DNA from: Phoronis australis
Taxonomy: Eukaryota; Animalia; Phoronida
Assembly (NCBI GenBank): GCA_002633005.1
Contig: NMRA01000235.1
Span: 510,964-574,963, forward strand
Length of the DNA: 64,000 nucleotides
Direction of reading: 5' to 3'
Shown: positions 61,811 to 64,000 of the stretch, in pieces
Numbering within the stretch: the stretch's first letter is position 1
How the letters are laid out: the number at the start of each line of letters is the position of its first letter
Made by a program: the position numbers and the translations under genes
Notes under the pieces: generated by a model
The model's input: the letters and a program-made list of their open reading frames with translations, nothing else
Told to the model about the DNA's origin: nothing
Databases searched by the model: none

Positions 61811-64000
61811 GACCCAGCACCACAAAATGAGTCTAAAGTAAGGATTTCTCTTTTTTCTGAAAATACAGTACCTTCGGATAATTTTAATGTATGAAACATG
61901 TTCTCATTTTAACAAATGGCAGAGTTAATGCCATTTCTAGTCGAATAAAGCAAACATTTAGAGCTTACAAAACTAAAGGAAAATGGCAGAGAATAAGGGC
62001 TGATAGTGCTTTTAAAGTTCCCATAGCAACTTGCAATTGAGTGTTACGTTGTAGGATTATTAGTATAAAAAACAACACAAAGATATAAAAGATATCAAAA
62101 ATTAGAAAAAAATGATGCCCTTATTACGTAATTTCGGCCTAAAAGAAGTGATATTCATGTTAGGTTACTGCAACTAGGTCAATATTTTTTTCAGTTAATG
62201 TATACAGGATCAGGACACTTGTGGCAGCAGGGGTTACCGCAAGTAAAACAAGGCAGATAAAACGTATTTTGGAGAAGTTTAATAAAATAAAGTTCTCTCG
62301 ATTACAAAATACGCATTAGTGGCTGACGTTTGTTCACAATAATTCAACATTTTACGCTAGTATAAATAATTTTGAAAATAAATGACAATCACCAAACCCC
62401 ATCAGTGTTCTTCGCTGTCAACTGCAGAGCAACGATTTTCTCGACATCACGCTGCATTGTGCAGCACTGTCGAAGTTTGTTCTCTCTTGCAGTAATTTTC
62501 AGTTGCTTGCACCCCGATCCACTGGCTTTGCAGGAACGAGGCATTACCCTGTGAGTAAGCTAATCCAGGCACTTCTTCTTCACGTTATGATTGTTCCAAT
62601 CCAACGTAACCGTAATCCTAATGGGTCCATCAATAATTTCATCTTGCGACGAGTTGCTGTCACGAAATTCGTCGTTGTGTGCTCTTCGATGAGTTCAGTT
62701 AATTTTCTCTGATCGTGATACTGCAGTCAGCGGAAAGATTTAATCAGATATCAGCTACACGCAATCAGCCATCTTACTGTCTTGTCAACATGCCATGACC
62801 ACGCGACCCCAAAATTTTACGGCCACTTGACTAGTTCTAGAGAGTGAAGTCAGCGATGTATTAGGTCAAGGATGTTAAAAGGTCGTTGCTAGCTAAAAGA
62901 CTGGTGACTGGCACTTCTATTGAATTTACCCCGAATGCAAGGACTGAAATTACGACTTAACTCAAAGAGCTTACTACAGTGTACATGCATAATGAGCAAA
63001 ATTTGACCTTTCTCTTCTTTACAAGTGAATTGGGTCATCGGTTGACAGCAATGTGGTCACCAAACCGGCAAATTGTGATGAAAATCTTATGAGATATCCA
63101 GTCGTGAAGAAGGTGATGTTCTTCAAAATGAAATAAATAACGTTTAAAATGCTTGTTTTAAAACAACGTTTTGTGAAGTAGAAAGAAATGTTGACCTATT
63201 GTTTTACGGAAAGCGACTATTTGCAGTCTGGTCAAGAAATACAGTTTCCGACTTAAGACTCATTTTGTCGTGCTGGGTCACAAAAAAGGTTCCTGGACCA
63301 TGGTACATTGCCATCGTTAATAGTATGAACGAAGTTAAATCTCTTGGCAAGAATCATAGAGGTAATTTAAAACCATAGAAGTACACTTACATGGTCTTGG
63401 ATGTGGTGGGTATAGGTCCGCCATTGGCTGAGCTGAAGTTGTCATACTTTCTGTACCGACCGTTATCACAGATATCTTATAACGAAATGCATTGTTCAAA
63501 ACCCTCTTTAACCAACGACAGGGACTGGCACAATTTAATGAAAGTGTTGTTATCAATAAACTTTCCAACTCAAGAATCAGCACGTTTTCTCCGAAGGAAA
63601 TTTAAACCAAGCTGTTCGAAACTTGTTTGTTTGTATACTCCTCTCCAATCACAACACGAATCTCAGACATTTCACTTCATGTATAGAGTGTTACATTACC
63701 AATATTCTCGAAAAATTGATTCCACTTCTGGCAAACCAGGTATTGAAAAACTTATATCAACATTTTATAGAAACTACACTCTGATTCAAGGAAGAGCGAC
63801 CAAAGGAATCTTGTTTCATTTATATGATTTTGAGTTCATCCTAGTCACGCCGGAATCACATGCCACTTTGTAAAGTCGCTCAATCAGGTAGACCTCAACG
63901 AAATAACCTCAACAGTCGCCTTCTGTAGCAAACTTGATTAAAACATTCCCACCTAGATAAAACGTAACGATAAGAACAAACTGACCGCGGATTTGCAAAG

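Larger units (their letters stand above)
56652..64000 (+). pseudogene. Long, heavily decayed PKD-repeat-like coding region (polycystin-1-like ectodomain)
   Basis: Recurrent plus-strand PKD-like motifs across frameshifts: QPGMF/VRSFFSNMFSRV (~56840), LYKAGDRLKIGGNYIS (~57310), VTIVVGTAPTSW (~57695), IVSGTDITAHWT...HAYSQ/TGV (~57885-57970), Y*YDFG...TGHY (~58515), VTVRLTDVL...LEPLE (~58685), LVTGTSIEF (~62900), GKPGI (~63730). Interrupted by (CT)n and a HINE-like element. Confidence 0.55.

Overview
AT-rich, repeat-dense animal genomic DNA, probably a marine invertebrate (inferred from its TE families and the frequent TACATGTA motif; species not identifiable). There are assembly gaps at 15061-15081, 22188-22495, 34969 and 53940. 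The main host feature is a plus-strand spliced gene. Its exons have phase-compatible GT-AG junctions and encode [putative signal peptide]-WSC-WSC-Kringle-Kringle with all domain cysteines intact (exons ~8136-8154, 8576-8715, 12007-12172, 16677-16949, 18692-18997, 24053-24334). Downstream on the same strand are only broken pieces: a frameshifted third kringle exon with a mutated acceptor (44411-44687) and heavily decayed segments with PKD-domain-like motifs (~26890-27150, ~31480-31720, ~49750-50200 and ~56652 to the window end). My best hypothesis is that a large polycystin-1-like gene lost its 3' half while the WSC/kringle N-terminus stayed intact. The introns and flanks hold a near full-length decayed LINE with a 22-bp minisatellite, Tx1 and CR1/L2 fragments, two Penelope-like remnants each with a minimal hammerhead ribozyme, four TTAA-flanked Kolobok-type non-autonomous elements, hAT and Harbinger remnants, a pogo-like element with a HIRAN remnant, and a 5-kb stack of satellite-bearing Helentron/HINE-like elements. 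I found no rRNA, tRNA, CRISPR or prokaryotic genes. All domain and family calls are by-eye motif recognition, not database searches.
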